Part shown: positions 50,037 through 59,665 of the stretch, piece by piece | Position numbering within the stretch: the first letter of the stretch is position 1 | Layout: the number at the start of each line of letters is the position of its first letter | NCBI RefSeq assembly: GCF_028368995.1 | Contig: NZ_JAQNDL010000003.1 | Coordinates: forward strand, 1,216,001 to 1,280,000 | Direction of reading: 5' to 3' | DNA: 64,000 nt | Source of the DNA: Nannocystis bainbridge | Lineage (GTDB): Bacteria; Myxococcota_A; Polyangia; Nannocystales; Nannocystaceae | Made by a program: the position numbers and the translations under genes | The notes under the pieces: model-generated | Seen by the model: the letters and a program-made list of their open reading frames with translations, nothing else | What the model was told of the DNA's origin: nothing | Database searches by the model: none

Positions 50037-52469
50037 ATGCAGCGCATGCGAATCATAGATCGTCCCGTTACCCTCGCTCTGGTCGGCTGCCTGTGGCTGA
50101 CGGCCTGCCCCAATACTCCGCCCACCAACGAGACCGACGCGACCAGCGGCAGCAGCGGCACCGACACCACCACCGATTCCCAGACCACGACGCCGACGAC
50201 GACGACGATCCCCACGACCTCGACCACCGACGTCACCACCACCACCGACACCGCGACCACGACGACCACCACCGGCGATACCGAGACCACCGGCGGCGAC
50301 GGTGTGTGCGGCGACGGCATGCTCGACGACGGCGAGGCGTGCGACGACGGGGCCGACAACGGCGCCGGCAAGAGCTGCAACGCCGCCTGCGTCCTCAACG
50401 TCTGCGGCGACGGCGACGCCGGCCCTGACGAGGCCTGCGACGACGGGGCCGACAACGCCGACGGCAACAGCTGCAAAGCCGACTGTACCGACAACGTCTG
50501 CGGCGACGGGGCCAAGGGCCCCGGCGAGGGCTGCGACGACGGCAACGACGTCGACGACGACGACTGCAGCAATATGTGCGCCCTGGCCTCGTGCGGCGAC
50601 GGGGTGGTCGGCCCGGCCGAGCAGTGCGACGACGCCAACATGGACAGCACCGACGAATGCACGGAGGCCTGCACCCTGCCCGCGTGCAGCGACGGCCACC
50701 TGCAGACCGGCGCCGGCGAACAGTGCGACGAGGGCCCGGCCAACGCCGACGCGGCCGCCTGCACCGGCGATTGCAAGCTCGCGGTGTGCGGCGACGGCCA
50801 CGTGTTCTCGACCGGCGACGGCCTCGAGCAGTGCGACAACGGCGGCGACAACGGCCCCGGCAAGGCGTGCAAGGCCGACTGCACGCTCAACCTCTGCGGC
50901 GACGGCGACGCCGGCCCCGAGGAGGCCTGCGACGACGGCAACCAGGACCCCGGCGACGGCTGCTCGGCGACGTGCAAGCTCGAGGGCTGCGGCAACGGCG
51001 AGCTCGACCCCGGCGAGGCCTGCGACGACGCCCAGAACGGCGACAACGACGACGGCTGCACCGACCTCTGCAAGCTGCCCGCCTGCGGCGACGGCTTCGA
51101 GCAGACCAATGAGGGCGAGGGCTGCGACCTCGGGCCGCAGAACAGCGACACCGGCGCCTGCACCCTGCTCTGCGCCGACGCGACCTGCGGCGACGGCCTC
51201 GTCCACGGCGGCGTCGAGCAGTGCGACGACGGCCCCAACAACGGCCCCGGCAAGGCGTGCAAGGCCGGCTGCATGGCCAACATCTGCGGCGACGGCGACC
51301 TCGGCCCCGGCGAGGGCTGCGACGACGGCAACCTGAATGACGACGACGCCTGCACCTCCGCGTGCAAGCCGGCCGCCTGCGGCGACGGCGTCAAGCAGCC
51401 CGGCGAGCAGTGCGACCTCGGCGGCGCCAACGACAACACCGGCGCCTGCACCTCGATGTGCACCCTGCCCGTCTGCGGCGACAACTTCGTCCAGCCCGGA
51501 GCCGGCGAGACCTGCGACGACGGCAACCTCTCCAACAGCGACGCCTGCCTCGCCACCTGCAAGCTCGCCGCCTGCCATGACACCTTCCTCCACGTCGGCG
51601 TCGAGCAGTGCGACGACGGCAACATGGTCGACACCGACGCCTGCGTGCTGGGGTGCCTCGACGCCAAGTGCGGCGACGGCCTCCTGCACGCCGGCGTCGA
51701 GCAGTGCGACGACGCCAACACCGTCGCCACCGACGCCTGCACCGACAGTTGCAAGCCCGCGACCTGCGGCGACGGCATCGTCTGGGCCGGCCAGGAGCAG
51801 TGCGACGACGCCAACGCCAACGACAACGACGCCTGCACCAACGCCTGCACCGTCGGCCTGTGCGCCAACGGGACCCAAAACGCCGGCGAGCTCGGCGTCG
51901 ACTGCGGCGGCCCGTGCCCCAAGCAATGCCTCGTGATCAACGAGGTCGACTACGACCAGCCGGGCACGGACAACGCCGAGTTCGTGGAGATCTACAACGT
52001 CTCGAGCGGCCCGGTGAGCCTCGCCGGCCACTGGCTGGTGCCGGTCAACGGCAACGGCAACGCGCCCTACTCGGCGGTGGACCTCGGCGCGTCGTTCCCC
52101 TCGCTCGCCGCGGGGCAGTACCTCGTCGTCATCTGGGGCAACGTGACGGTCCCGGCCGGGCAGCTCAAGCTGGTCGCCAACATGATGAGCGTCATCCTCC
52201 AGAACGGCTCGCCCGACGGCGTGGCGCTGGTCCACGTCCCGAGCAAGCAGTACATCGACGCCCTCTCCTACGCCGGCGAGATCAACGGCGTGAACTTCAT
52301 GGGCGTGGGCCCCTTCAACCTGGTCGAGGGCACGCCCGCCAACCTCGTCGACTCCGCCAACAACCCCGGGTCGCTGAGCCGGATCCCCAACGGCATCGAC
52401 ACCAACCAGATGAGCGTCGACTGGAAGTTCGTCAACACCCCGACCCCGGGCGCCGCCAACGTGCCCTGA
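50037..52469 (+). CDS. Surface lipoprotein with many DUF4215-type Cys repeats and C-terminal lamin-tail-like domain
   Basis: LTAC lipobox; about 16 CGDG..E.CDDG repeats; LVINEVDYDQPGTDNAEFVEIYN..TPTPGAAN. Confidence 0.88.
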   Translation: MQRMRIIDRPVTLALVGCLWLTACPNTPPTNETDATSGSSGTDTTTDSQTTTPTTTTIPTTSTTDVTTTTDTATTTTTTGDTETTGGDGVCGDGMLDDGEACDDGADNGAGKSCNAACVLNVCGDGDAGPDEACDDGADNADGNSCKADCTDNVCGDGAKGPGEGCDDGNDVDDDDCSNMCALASCGDGVVGPAEQCDDANMDSTDECTEACTLPACSDGHLQTGAGEQCDEGPANADAAACTGDCKLAVCGDGHVFSTGDGLEQCDNGGDNGPGKACKADCTLNLCGDGDAGPEEACDDGNQDPGDGCSATCKLEGCGNGELDPGEACDDAQNGDNDDGCTDLCKLPACGDGFEQTNEGEGCDLGPQNSDTGACTLLCADATCGDGLVHGGVEQCDDGPNNGPGKACKAGCMANICGDGDLGPGEGCDDGNLNDDDACTSACKPAACGDGVKQPGEQCDLGGANDNTGACTSMCTLPVCGDNFVQPGAGETCDDGNLSNSDACLATCKLAACHDTFLHVGVEQCDDGNMVDTDACVLGCLDAKCGDGLLHAGVEQCDDANTVATDACTDSCKPATCGDGIVWAGQEQCDDANANDNDACTNACTVGLCANGTQNAGELGVDCGGPCPKQCLVINEVDYDQPGTDNAEFVEIYNVSSGPVSLAGHWLVPVNGNGNAPYSAVDLGASFPSLAAGQYLVVIWGNVTVPAGQLKLVANMMSVILQNGSPDGVALVHVPSKQYIDALSYAGEINGVNFMGVGPFNLVEGTPANLVDSANNPGSLSRIPNGIDTNQMSVDWKFVNTPTPGAANVP

Positions 52470-52567
52470 GCCCGCCGAGGCCGCAGCGCCTCGCCCGAAG
52501 CATCGATCCGCGCGTCGCCCCGAGCCCTCGAGGACCCGACGCGACGCGCAGATCTTATCCAATCATA

Positions 52568-52609
52568 TGTCCAACCGGACATGCTCCTGAGAGCATGTCC
52601 GTGTGGACA
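52568..52609. repeat. 14-bp palindromic array, 3 perfect units
   Basis: TGTCC-aacc-GGACA / TGCTC-ctga-GAGCA / TGTCC-gtgt-GGACA, between convergent genes. Confidence 0.9.
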
Positions 52610-52650
52610 TCTCATGACATCGGCCGCAGGACCTCCGGGCGCGCCGGCGC

Positions 52651-55600
52651 TCACTCTCCCGCCGGCTCGACCCGCCGGACCTGCAGCTCGGCCTCTGCCG
52701 GCCGCCCTTCCCACGCCGCGAAGCTCCCGGCGAACGCGGCCCCCGCCGCCTCGATCGCCGCCGCCTCCCCGCCCTCGAGCCCGATCGCCCAGCGCAGCGC
52801 GCCCGCGCCCAGCGGCCGCGGGTACGGCCGCACCCGCGCCCCCGCGTCCTCGAGCGCCAGCAGCAACCACATCACATGTCCTTCGAGCCAGCCGATGCAT
52901 TCGCCGGCCGCCTCGCCCACCCCGATCAGCGTCAGCTCGACGCGCGCCGGATGCTGGGCCGGATCCACCGCGCTGATCAGCGACGGATCGCCCGCGCCGG
53001 CCAGCGCGTGCCCGCGGCGCAGCTCCGCGTGCAGCAGCGCCAGCGTCGAGCGGATCACGTGGCGCGCCGAGTTGAAGGACGGCGGCGTCGGGGTCCAGAT
53101 CGGCCACAGCGGCTTGCGCCCGCCGCTCCGCGGCTCCGGCGGCGCTCCGAACGCGATGGCCGCCCCTGGCGTGCGCGCCGACAGCAGCATGAAGAAATAC
53201 CGCAGCAGCGCCGCCGGCTCCGCCGCCACCTCGGCCTCCCCGGCCGCGCGCAGCGCCCACGCCGTCAGCAGCGCCCACGTATAGCCGCCGAGCAGCCCCC
53301 ACGCCCCGACGTCGAGCTGACGCGCGCGCGCCCACGCCCGCACCCGCGCCAGCGTCTCGCGGAACACCTCGGCCTCGTAGTGCTCGCCCACGAGGGCCAC
53401 CAGCGCGTCGGCATCGATGCAGGCCAGCGCCGCGCGGCGGCTGGCCTCGTCGAGCGTCGCCAGCTCGTCCGCGGCCAGCGACCCCAGCGCTCGCGCCTGC
53501 AGCGGCGGCGGCAAGTCGGCGACCTGCAGATCGACCGCGACCCCCTCGAACCTGCACTTCAGGACAGGCAGCCCCCCGCTCTTGACCGTGCGCACGCCCT
53601 GCAGCTCGCCGGCCGCGGCCAGCCGCTCCGTCAGCGCCGCGAACAGCGGCTCGCGCTCGGCCCCGTCCGAGCCGGCCCACACCAGATCGAGGTCACCGTC
53701 CGGCCGCGCCGCTCCCAGCCGCGCCGAGCCGACCAAATGCAGCTGCGAGCCCGCGTGCACCGCCGCCGTCGCTCGCGCGAACACCCCCGCGACCCGCTCG
53801 TGCGCCGGCGACGGCCAGCGAGCGAACGACGGCAACAGAACCGCCTGTCCCTCAGGACAGCTCGGCACCGTCGCCTTGATCTCGAACGGCCCCTCCTCCC
53901 CGCGGCCGATCAGGTGCACCGCCTCGACCGTGAATTCCAGCGGCCGCCAGCTCGCCTGCCAGCGCGCCATCGCGGCCGCGATCTCCGCCTCGCTGCCCGT
54001 CAGTCTGGCGATCGTCAAATGCGGCGTGAACCCCGGCCCGCGCGACGACTGCTCGTCGCACAGCGGGAACAGCCCCGCCGCGGCCGCCTGCAGCGCCATC
54101 AACGCCCCGGGCGGATCGCTGACCGGCTCGAGCCACACCGTCGTGCTGCCGCGGTGGTCAAACCGGCGCAGCTCCTTCAACACGATCCGCAGCGGCAACA
54201 GCTCGCGCAGCGCCGTCGTCAACGCCTGCGCCGCCGCGGCGAACAGCGCCTCCGGCACGAACCCGTAGATCAAGTTGATGTGCGGCATCCAGCGCCCGTG
54301 GCTCGGGTCGTGGTCCACGCGGATCGCCTCGATCGCCGGCCACGCCGACGCCGGCGGGATCACCACCAGCGCGCTGCGGTGCACCGGCGTCGCCGCGGCC
54401 AGTCGGGCCCGGCGCGCCGCCGCGTCGGCGCCTTCGACCACCTGCAGCAGCGCGCACAGGCCGAAGTGATCCGACACGAACCGCTCCTGTCCCTCGGGAC
54501 CTGTCCCGAACGACCTGTCCCCGAAGATCGTGGCGTCGACCGCCGCCAGCGCCCCGGCCGGCGAGCGCACCAGCGCCCGGTCGAACCGCGCCGCCCGCCC
54601 GGTGCGGCTCGCCAGCGCCGCCAGCGGGTTGGCGACCGGGTCGAACGTGAAGCCCGGGTGATGCGGATGGACCTCGCGCCACACGTCGACGAGGCCCGCG
54701 CGCGCCAGCTGCCGGTCCTCCTCGCCGTCGCCGAAGTTGAGATCGCCGAGCACCAGCGCGTCGTCGACATCGGCCCGGCCGAGCCGCTCGACCAGCACCC
54801 CCAGTTGCTCGGCGCGGCGGTCGTCCGCGTCGGCCTTGCGGTTGCTCGTCAGGTGCACCGCCGCGACCGCCAGCCGTCGCCCCGCCACCTGCAAGCGCCC
54901 GACCACCAGCCGCTTGCGCTCCGAGAACGCGTGCAGCTCGAGCGCCAGCGGCCAGCGCGACAGCAGCACCTGCCCGTACGGCTGCAGCCCCTCCGCGTCT
55001 GGCCCTTCGGACACGTAGTAACCATCGCGCAGCCACGGCGCCGCCAGCAGCGCGGCCCACAGCCCCGGCGTCACCTCCTGCAGCGCGACGATGTCGGCGT
55101 CGCGCTCGCGCAGCAGCTCGAGGCACGCCGGCGTGCGCGCCTCGGTGTACAGCTGCTCGGGCTCGTAGAGGTCGAACAGCACGTTGTAGGTCGCCACCTG
55201 CAGCGCCTCGACCCGGGCCTCGTGCAGCCCGGTCGCCGGCACCGGCAGCCACGCCCCGCTGCGGCGATCGAAGCGGAAGCACGGCCGCGCCACGAACGCC
55301 GCCGGCCCGCCGCGCGCCTTGCCGCGCCGCGTCGGCGGAGCCGCGATCGTCGGCGTCGGCGCGCACGCGCGGGCGATCGCCGGGTGGTCGGCGGCCGGGC
55401 TATCACCTGACCCGAAGACCAGGTCGATGCGCGCCCGGCGATCCCACACCACCAGCTCGCCGGCCTTGATGAAGAAGATCCGGTGCCACGGGATCTCGTT
55501 GTCGCCGGCCAGGAACTCGGCCAGCGGCGCCTCGCGCACCCCCGCGAACCGCTCCTCGTACCCGACCACGAACTGGCGCACGTCGAACGCCGCGTCGAAG

Positions 55601-55662
55601 CGGAGCCGCCCGACCACGTCCTGCACCGGCCGGAGCCCCTGCCTCTCGCGCTGCTTCGCCAT
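52651..55662 (-). CDS. Multidomain RNA repair/processing protein: MJ1316 (DUF504) + EEP phosphodiesterase + 2H phosphoesterase + poly(A) polymerase-like nucleotidyltransferase
   Basis: VGYEERF..IPWHRI..VWDRR; TYNVL, LQEV, GDLN, SDHFG; PHINL and PHLTI; VGS..LG....GDLDLV, VRAWARAR, GLLGG.TW. GGGAGG RBS. Confidence 0.85.
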   Translation of the reverse strand: MAKQRERQGLRPVQDVVGRLRFDAAFDVRQFVVGYEERFAGVREAPLAEFLAGDNEIPWHRIFFIKAGELVVWDRRARIDLVFGSGDSPAADHPAIARACAPTPTIAAPPTRRGKARGGPAAFVARPCFRFDRRSGAWLPVPATGLHEARVEALQVATYNVLFDLYEPEQLYTEARTPACLELLRERDADIVALQEVTPGLWAALLAAPWLRDGYYVSEGPDAEGLQPYGQVLLSRWPLALELHAFSERKRLVVGRLQVAGRRLAVAAVHLTSNRKADADDRRAEQLGVLVERLGRADVDDALVLGDLNFGDGEEDRQLARAGLVDVWREVHPHHPGFTFDPVANPLAALASRTGRAARFDRALVRSPAGALAAVDATIFGDRSFGTGPEGQERFVSDHFGLCALLQVVEGADAAARRARLAAATPVHRSALVVIPPASAWPAIEAIRVDHDPSHGRWMPHINLIYGFVPEALFAAAAQALTTALRELLPLRIVLKELRRFDHRGSTTVWLEPVSDPPGALMALQAAAAGLFPLCDEQSSRGPGFTPHLTIARLTGSEAEIAAAMARWQASWRPLEFTVEAVHLIGRGEEGPFEIKATVPSCPEGQAVLLPSFARWPSPAHERVAGVFARATAAVHAGSQLHLVGSARLGAARPDGDLDLVWAGSDGAEREPLFAALTERLAAAGELQGVRTVKSGGLPVLKCRFEGVAVDLQVADLPPPLQARALGSLAADELATLDEASRRAALACIDADALVALVGEHYEAEVFRETLARVRAWARARQLDVGAWGLLGGYTWALLTAWALRAAGEAEVAAEPAALLRYFFMLLSARTPGAAIAFGAPPEPRSGGRKPLWPIWTPTPPSFNSARHVIRSTLALLHAELRRGHALAGAGDPSLISAVDPAQHPARVELTLIGVGEAAGECIGWLEGHVMWLLLALEDAGARVRPYPRPLGAGALRWAIGLEGGEAAAIEAAGAAFAGSFAAWEGRPAEAELQVRRVEPAGE
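53846..53859. repeat. Single perfect palindromic unit in the 2H-PAP interdomain linker
   Basis: TGTCC-ctca-GGACA. Confidence 0.65.
54488..54529. repeat. 14-bp array, 3 units, inside the EEP domain coding sequence
   Basis: TGTCC-ctcg-GGACC / TGTCC-cgaa-CGACC / TGTCC-ccga-AGATC. Confidence 0.75.
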
Positions 55663-55821
55663 GACGACCTCCCGCGATCGCGGGGTCACGAGGCTAGGCA
55701 GCGCGGCCGGGCGAAGCAAGCGGTTTGCCTCGCGCGCCCGCGCGCCCGCGCCTGCATCTGCGATCCGCCGCGCGCCCTGCCGCGCACCGGCGCCCCCGCC
55801 TGCGGTGTTACCGTCGCCCGC

Positions 55822-57387
55822 ATGCAGCGCCTGCCGATGCTCGCGATCTCTCCTCTCGCCGTCGTCCTCACCAGCGCCACGGCCCACGCCGCCGACGTCC
55901 CGGTGGCCGACGTCGAGGCCTTCCTCGCCGCTGTCGCCGCGGCTCAGCCTGGCGACACCATCGTCCTCGCCGCCGGCGACTACGAGGTCCACCAGAGCAA
56001 GATCGCCTGCAACACCCCCGGCACCGCCGACGCCCCGATCGTCGTGCGCGCCGCCGAGCCCGGCGCCGCCAGGCTGCGCCTCGACTCGCTCGAGGGCTTC
56101 CACGTGCGCGCTCCCTTCTGGAAGTTCGAGGGCCTCGACATCGAGGGCATCTGCGCCGCCGACAGCGACTGCGAGCACGCCTTTCACATCACCGGCGCCG
56201 CCAGCCACACCCACATCGTCGGCAACCGCCTCCACGGTTTCAACGCCATGATCAAGGGCAACGGCGAGCCGATCGGCCCCGACATGGCCTACGAGCACCC
56301 CGACGACGTCGTCGTCGAGTACAACGAATTCTACAACGACGCCCCGCGCGACACCGCCAACCCGGTCACCCCGATCGACGTCGTCGGCGGCCAGCGGTGG
56401 GTCTTGCGCGGCAACTTCATCCACGACCACGCCAAGGGCGGCGGCGACAACATCAGCTACGCCGCCTTCCTCAAGGGCCACGCCAAGGACGGCCTCATCG
56501 AGCGCAACCTCGTCGTGTGCGAGCTGCTCCACAGCGGCCAGGTCCGCCTCGGCCTCTCGCTCGGCGGCGGCGGCTCGGGGCCCGACATGATCTGCGAGGA
56601 CGGCGCCTGCAAGCCCGAGCACGAGCGCGGCATCATCCGCAACAACATCGTCCTCAACTGCCCCGCCGACGTCGGCATCTACATCAACGCCGGCGCCGAC
56701 TCGAAGATTCTGAACAACACCCTCTACAACACCGCCGGCATCGACATGCGCTTCGCCGAGACCACCGGCGTCGTCCACAACAACCTCATGAACGGCAAGA
56801 TCCGCGACCGCGACGGCGCCGTCACCGACAAGCAGAACAACCTCGTCGAGGCCACCCTCGAGCAGTTCGCCGCCTGGTTCGCCGACCCGGCCGCCCAGGA
56901 CTTCACGCTCGTCGACGGCGCCGCGATCGTCGGCCTCGGCCTCGCCGTGCCCGAGGTCACCGACGATTACTGCGGCAACGATCGCAACGACGGCGCGCCC
57001 GACATCGGCGCGATCGAGTACGACGGCGACGGCTGCAACGGCGGCCTCCCGGTCCCCGGCGGCAGCGGCGGCGAGACCTCGACCACCGGCGAATCGACCG
57101 GCGGTGACTCGACCACCGACGATCCCGGCACCCCGACCACCGGTGATTCCGGCGCCCCGACCACCGGTGATTCCAGCGACCCGACCACCGGTGATTCCGG
57201 CGACTCGACCACCACCGATCCGACCGCAGGGACCACCGCCGCGTCGGCCAGCGACACCGCCGGCGACACCGCGCCTGCCACCGACGACGACGGCGGCTGC
57301 GGCTGCCGCAGCGACGCCTCGGCCGGCGGCCCGCTGGCCCTGCTCGCCCTCGCCGGCCTGCTGCGCCGGCGCCGGCGCGCTTCCTGA
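55822..57387 (+). CDS. Right-handed beta-helix (chondroitinase B/lyase-like) protein with MYXO-CTERM anchor
   Basis: AQPGDTIVLAAGDY, beta-helix repeats, PDIGAIE, PTTGDS linker, GCGC + TM + RRRRR. Confidence 0.88.
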   Translation: MQRLPMLAISPLAVVLTSATAHAADVPVADVEAFLAAVAAAQPGDTIVLAAGDYEVHQSKIACNTPGTADAPIVVRAAEPGAARLRLDSLEGFHVRAPFWKFEGLDIEGICAADSDCEHAFHITGAASHTHIVGNRLHGFNAMIKGNGEPIGPDMAYEHPDDVVVEYNEFYNDAPRDTANPVTPIDVVGGQRWVLRGNFIHDHAKGGGDNISYAAFLKGHAKDGLIERNLVVCELLHSGQVRLGLSLGGGGSGPDMICEDGACKPEHERGIIRNNIVLNCPADVGIYINAGADSKILNNTLYNTAGIDMRFAETTGVVHNNLMNGKIRDRDGAVTDKQNNLVEATLEQFAAWFADPAAQDFTLVDGAAIVGLGLAVPEVTDDYCGNDRNDGAPDIGAIEYDGDGCNGGLPVPGGSGGETSTTGESTGGDSTTDDPGTPTTGDSGAPTTGDSSDPTTGDSGDSTTTDPTAGTTAASASDTAGDTAPATDDDGGCGCRSDASAGGPLALLALAGLLRRRRRAS

Positions 57388-57403
57388 CCACGAGCCCCGG
57401 GAC

Positions 57404-57502
57404 ATTCACCACAGTCGCCCGCGTCTCACGCGGGCTCCCGGGCCGGTCTCGATTCATCACAGTCGCTCGTCCGCGAGCGACGCGAGCATTCATCACAGTC
57501 GC
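57404..57502. repeat. Three 15-bp direct repeats ATTCAYCACAGTCGC
   Basis: Copies at 57404, 57452 and 57488 (spacings 48 and 36) in the intergenic region before ggt. Confidence 0.8.
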
Positions 57503-57616
57503 CCGCCCGGGCTCGGCGCGGCCCCAGCCGCTCGCTCGCGGCGCATGCATGCAGTCGCCGCACCGTCGAACTCGGTTGCCGCCGATCCGCGACATGCCAT
57601 GCTCCTGCGCTCCGCC

Positions 57617-59350
57617 ATGCGCCCCGCACCGCTCCATTCTATTTACCAATCCATCGTCGCGCTCTGCTTCCTCGCGCTGCCGGTCCACGCCCGCGCCGCC
57701 GAGGTAGCGACCGCGATCGGCCCGATCGTCGGTGGCAAGCACGGCATGGTCGTCTCCTCGAGCAACGAGGCCGCGCGGGTCGGCGCCGCGGTCCTCGCCG
57801 ACGGCGGCAACGCCGTCGACGCCGCGATTGCCGTCCAGTTCGCCCTCGGCGTCGCCGAGCCCGGCTACTCCGGCATCGGCGGCGGCGGCTTCATGCTCGT
57901 CTACGAAGCCGCCACCGACGAAGTCACCGTCTTCGACAGCCGCGAGCGCGCCCCTGCCAGCGCCAGGCCAAAAATGTTCCTCAAGAAGAACGGCGAGCCG
58001 ATCGCATTCGCCAAGCGGCGCACGCTCGGCGTCGCTGTCGGTGTCCCTGGCGCGCTCGCCGGCATCGAGGCCGCGCGGCTCGAGTTCGGCACCCGTCCTC
58101 TCGCCGAGCTGATCGCCCCGTCGATCGAGCTCGCCGAGCACGGCGTCATCGTCAGCCGGCTCATGGCCGCCAGCCTGCGCGAGCACGAGGCCGTGCTCGC
58201 CGCCAATCCGGCCGCCAGCGCCCGCTTCTTGCCCGGCGGCGAGCCGCTGGCGATCGGCGACCTGCTGGTTCAGCCCGAGCTCGCCGACACCCTGCGCCTC
58301 ATCGCCGAGGACGGCATCGACGCCTTTTATCGCGGCCCGATCGGCGAGGCCTTCGTCGCCGAGGTCGACGCCGCTGGCGGCGGCATGACGATGGCCGACC
58401 TCAAAAAGTACGCCATCACCCGTGACGAGCCCGTGCGCGGCAATTACGGCGTCTACGAGCTCGTCACCGTCGCCCCGCCCAGCTCCGGCGGCCTCACCGT
58501 CCTGCAGATGCTCGCGCTGCTCGACCGGCTCGACCTCGGCCAGTACCCCGAAGATTCCAGCCTCCGCTACCACGCCGTCTTGAAGGCCATGCACCTCGCC
58601 TTCGCCGATCGCAACGCCTGGCTCGGCGACCCCGAGTTCGTCGACATCCCGCTCGCTGGCTGGCTCGCCCCCAAGTACATCAAGCAGCGCGCCGCCCTCA
58701 TCGACTTCGACGCCGACACCTGCCCCATCCCGCCCGGCGCGCTCGCCGGGGCCGCGCCCGCGCTCGCGCCCCTCGAATTCCTGAACGGCGACCCGCAGAC
58801 CACCCACGTCGACGTCGCCGACCGCTGGGGCAACCTCGTCGCCTTCACCGTCACCATCGAGCAGCACTACGGCACCGGTCGCCTGCTGCCCGGCCACGGC
58901 TTCTTCCTCAACAACGAGCTGACCGACTTCGACCCCCTGCCCGGGCGGCCCAACTCGCCCGCGCCGAACAAGCGCCCGCTCAGCAGCATGGCGCCGACGC
59001 TCGTCCTCCAGGACGGCCAGCCCGCCTACGTCATCGGCTCGCCTGGCGGCCCGCGCATCATCGCCGCCGTCGCCCAAGTCCTGCTCGACCTGCTCGAGTA
59101 CGACCTCGACCTCGAGCACGCGATCGCCCGCCCGCGGGTCTTCGCTGCCGCCTGCGACGACAAGATCCGCTGGGAGGCCGACCTCTCGCCGGCCGTCCGC
59201 AGCGAGCTCGAGCAGCTCGGCCATCGCTTCCGCGACGAACCGCTCGAGGTCGGCGACGTCGGCCTCATCGCCATCGAGGGCGACACCTACGTCGGCGTCG
59301 CCGACCCGCGCCGCGACGGCGTCGCCGTCGGCCTCACCCGCGCCGACTGA
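57617..59350 (+). CDS. ggt: Gamma-glutamyltransferase
   Basis: GGNAVDAAIA, SGIGGGGF, DSRERAP, PPSSGG, TTH nucleophile, LNNELTDF, PLSSMAP, GSPGG and DPRR. Confidence 0.96.
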   Translation: MRPAPLHSIYQSIVALCFLALPVHARAAEVATAIGPIVGGKHGMVVSSSNEAARVGAAVLADGGNAVDAAIAVQFALGVAEPGYSGIGGGGFMLVYEAATDEVTVFDSRERAPASARPKMFLKKNGEPIAFAKRRTLGVAVGVPGALAGIEAARLEFGTRPLAELIAPSIELAEHGVIVSRLMAASLREHEAVLAANPAASARFLPGGEPLAIGDLLVQPELADTLRLIAEDGIDAFYRGPIGEAFVAEVDAAGGGMTMADLKKYAITRDEPVRGNYGVYELVTVAPPSSGGLTVLQMLALLDRLDLGQYPEDSSLRYHAVLKAMHLAFADRNAWLGDPEFVDIPLAGWLAPKYIKQRAALIDFDADTCPIPPGALAGAAPALAPLEFLNGDPQTTHVDVADRWGNLVAFTVTIEQHYGTGRLLPGHGFFLNNELTDFDPLPGRPNSPAPNKRPLSSMAPTLVLQDGQPAYVIGSPGGPRIIAAVAQVLLDLLEYDLDLEHAIARPRVFAAACDDKIRWEADLSPAVRSELEQLGHRFRDEPLEVGDVGLIAIEGDTYVGVADPRRDGVAVGLTRAD

Positions 59351-59460
59351 ATTCATTGTCACCAACGCGGCCAGCGGACGCCGCAGTGTCGTCGACCCTC
59401 CGCCCGCTGCGGCGAGCGCGACCCGGCCCGTGCGCCGCGCGGACCGCGAGCGTCACCACC

Positions 59461-59479
59461 TGTCCTCAAGTGCATGTCC
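59461..59479. repeat. 14-bp-phased palindromic site
   Basis: TGTCC-tcaa-GTGCA-TGTCC. Confidence 0.6.
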
Positions 59480-59665
59480 CGATTCGGCGCCCCGCGGCCG
59501 CGAGCGTGTCGTGCAGGGTGCGGGCCTTCCGACATGCGCGACGGCCGTCGTCGCCGCGGACGGGCGTCCGCGCCGAAAACGCGCCTCATCGATGTGTGGA
59601 CGCGCCGGTCCTGCCAGCGGGTCGCGCCGCGCGAGCGGGCCGGCCCCCGCTGGTAGGATGGTCGC

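Noticed and set aside
55663-57405. N-terminal extension making a 1584-aa ORF
   Set aside because: It is the antisense shadow of the beta-helix gene. The real start is ATG 55662 with a GGGAGG RBS.
57404-57502. Mini-CRISPR
   Set aside because: The repeat is only 15 bp, spacers are unequal (33 and 21 nt), and there is no leader or cas gene.
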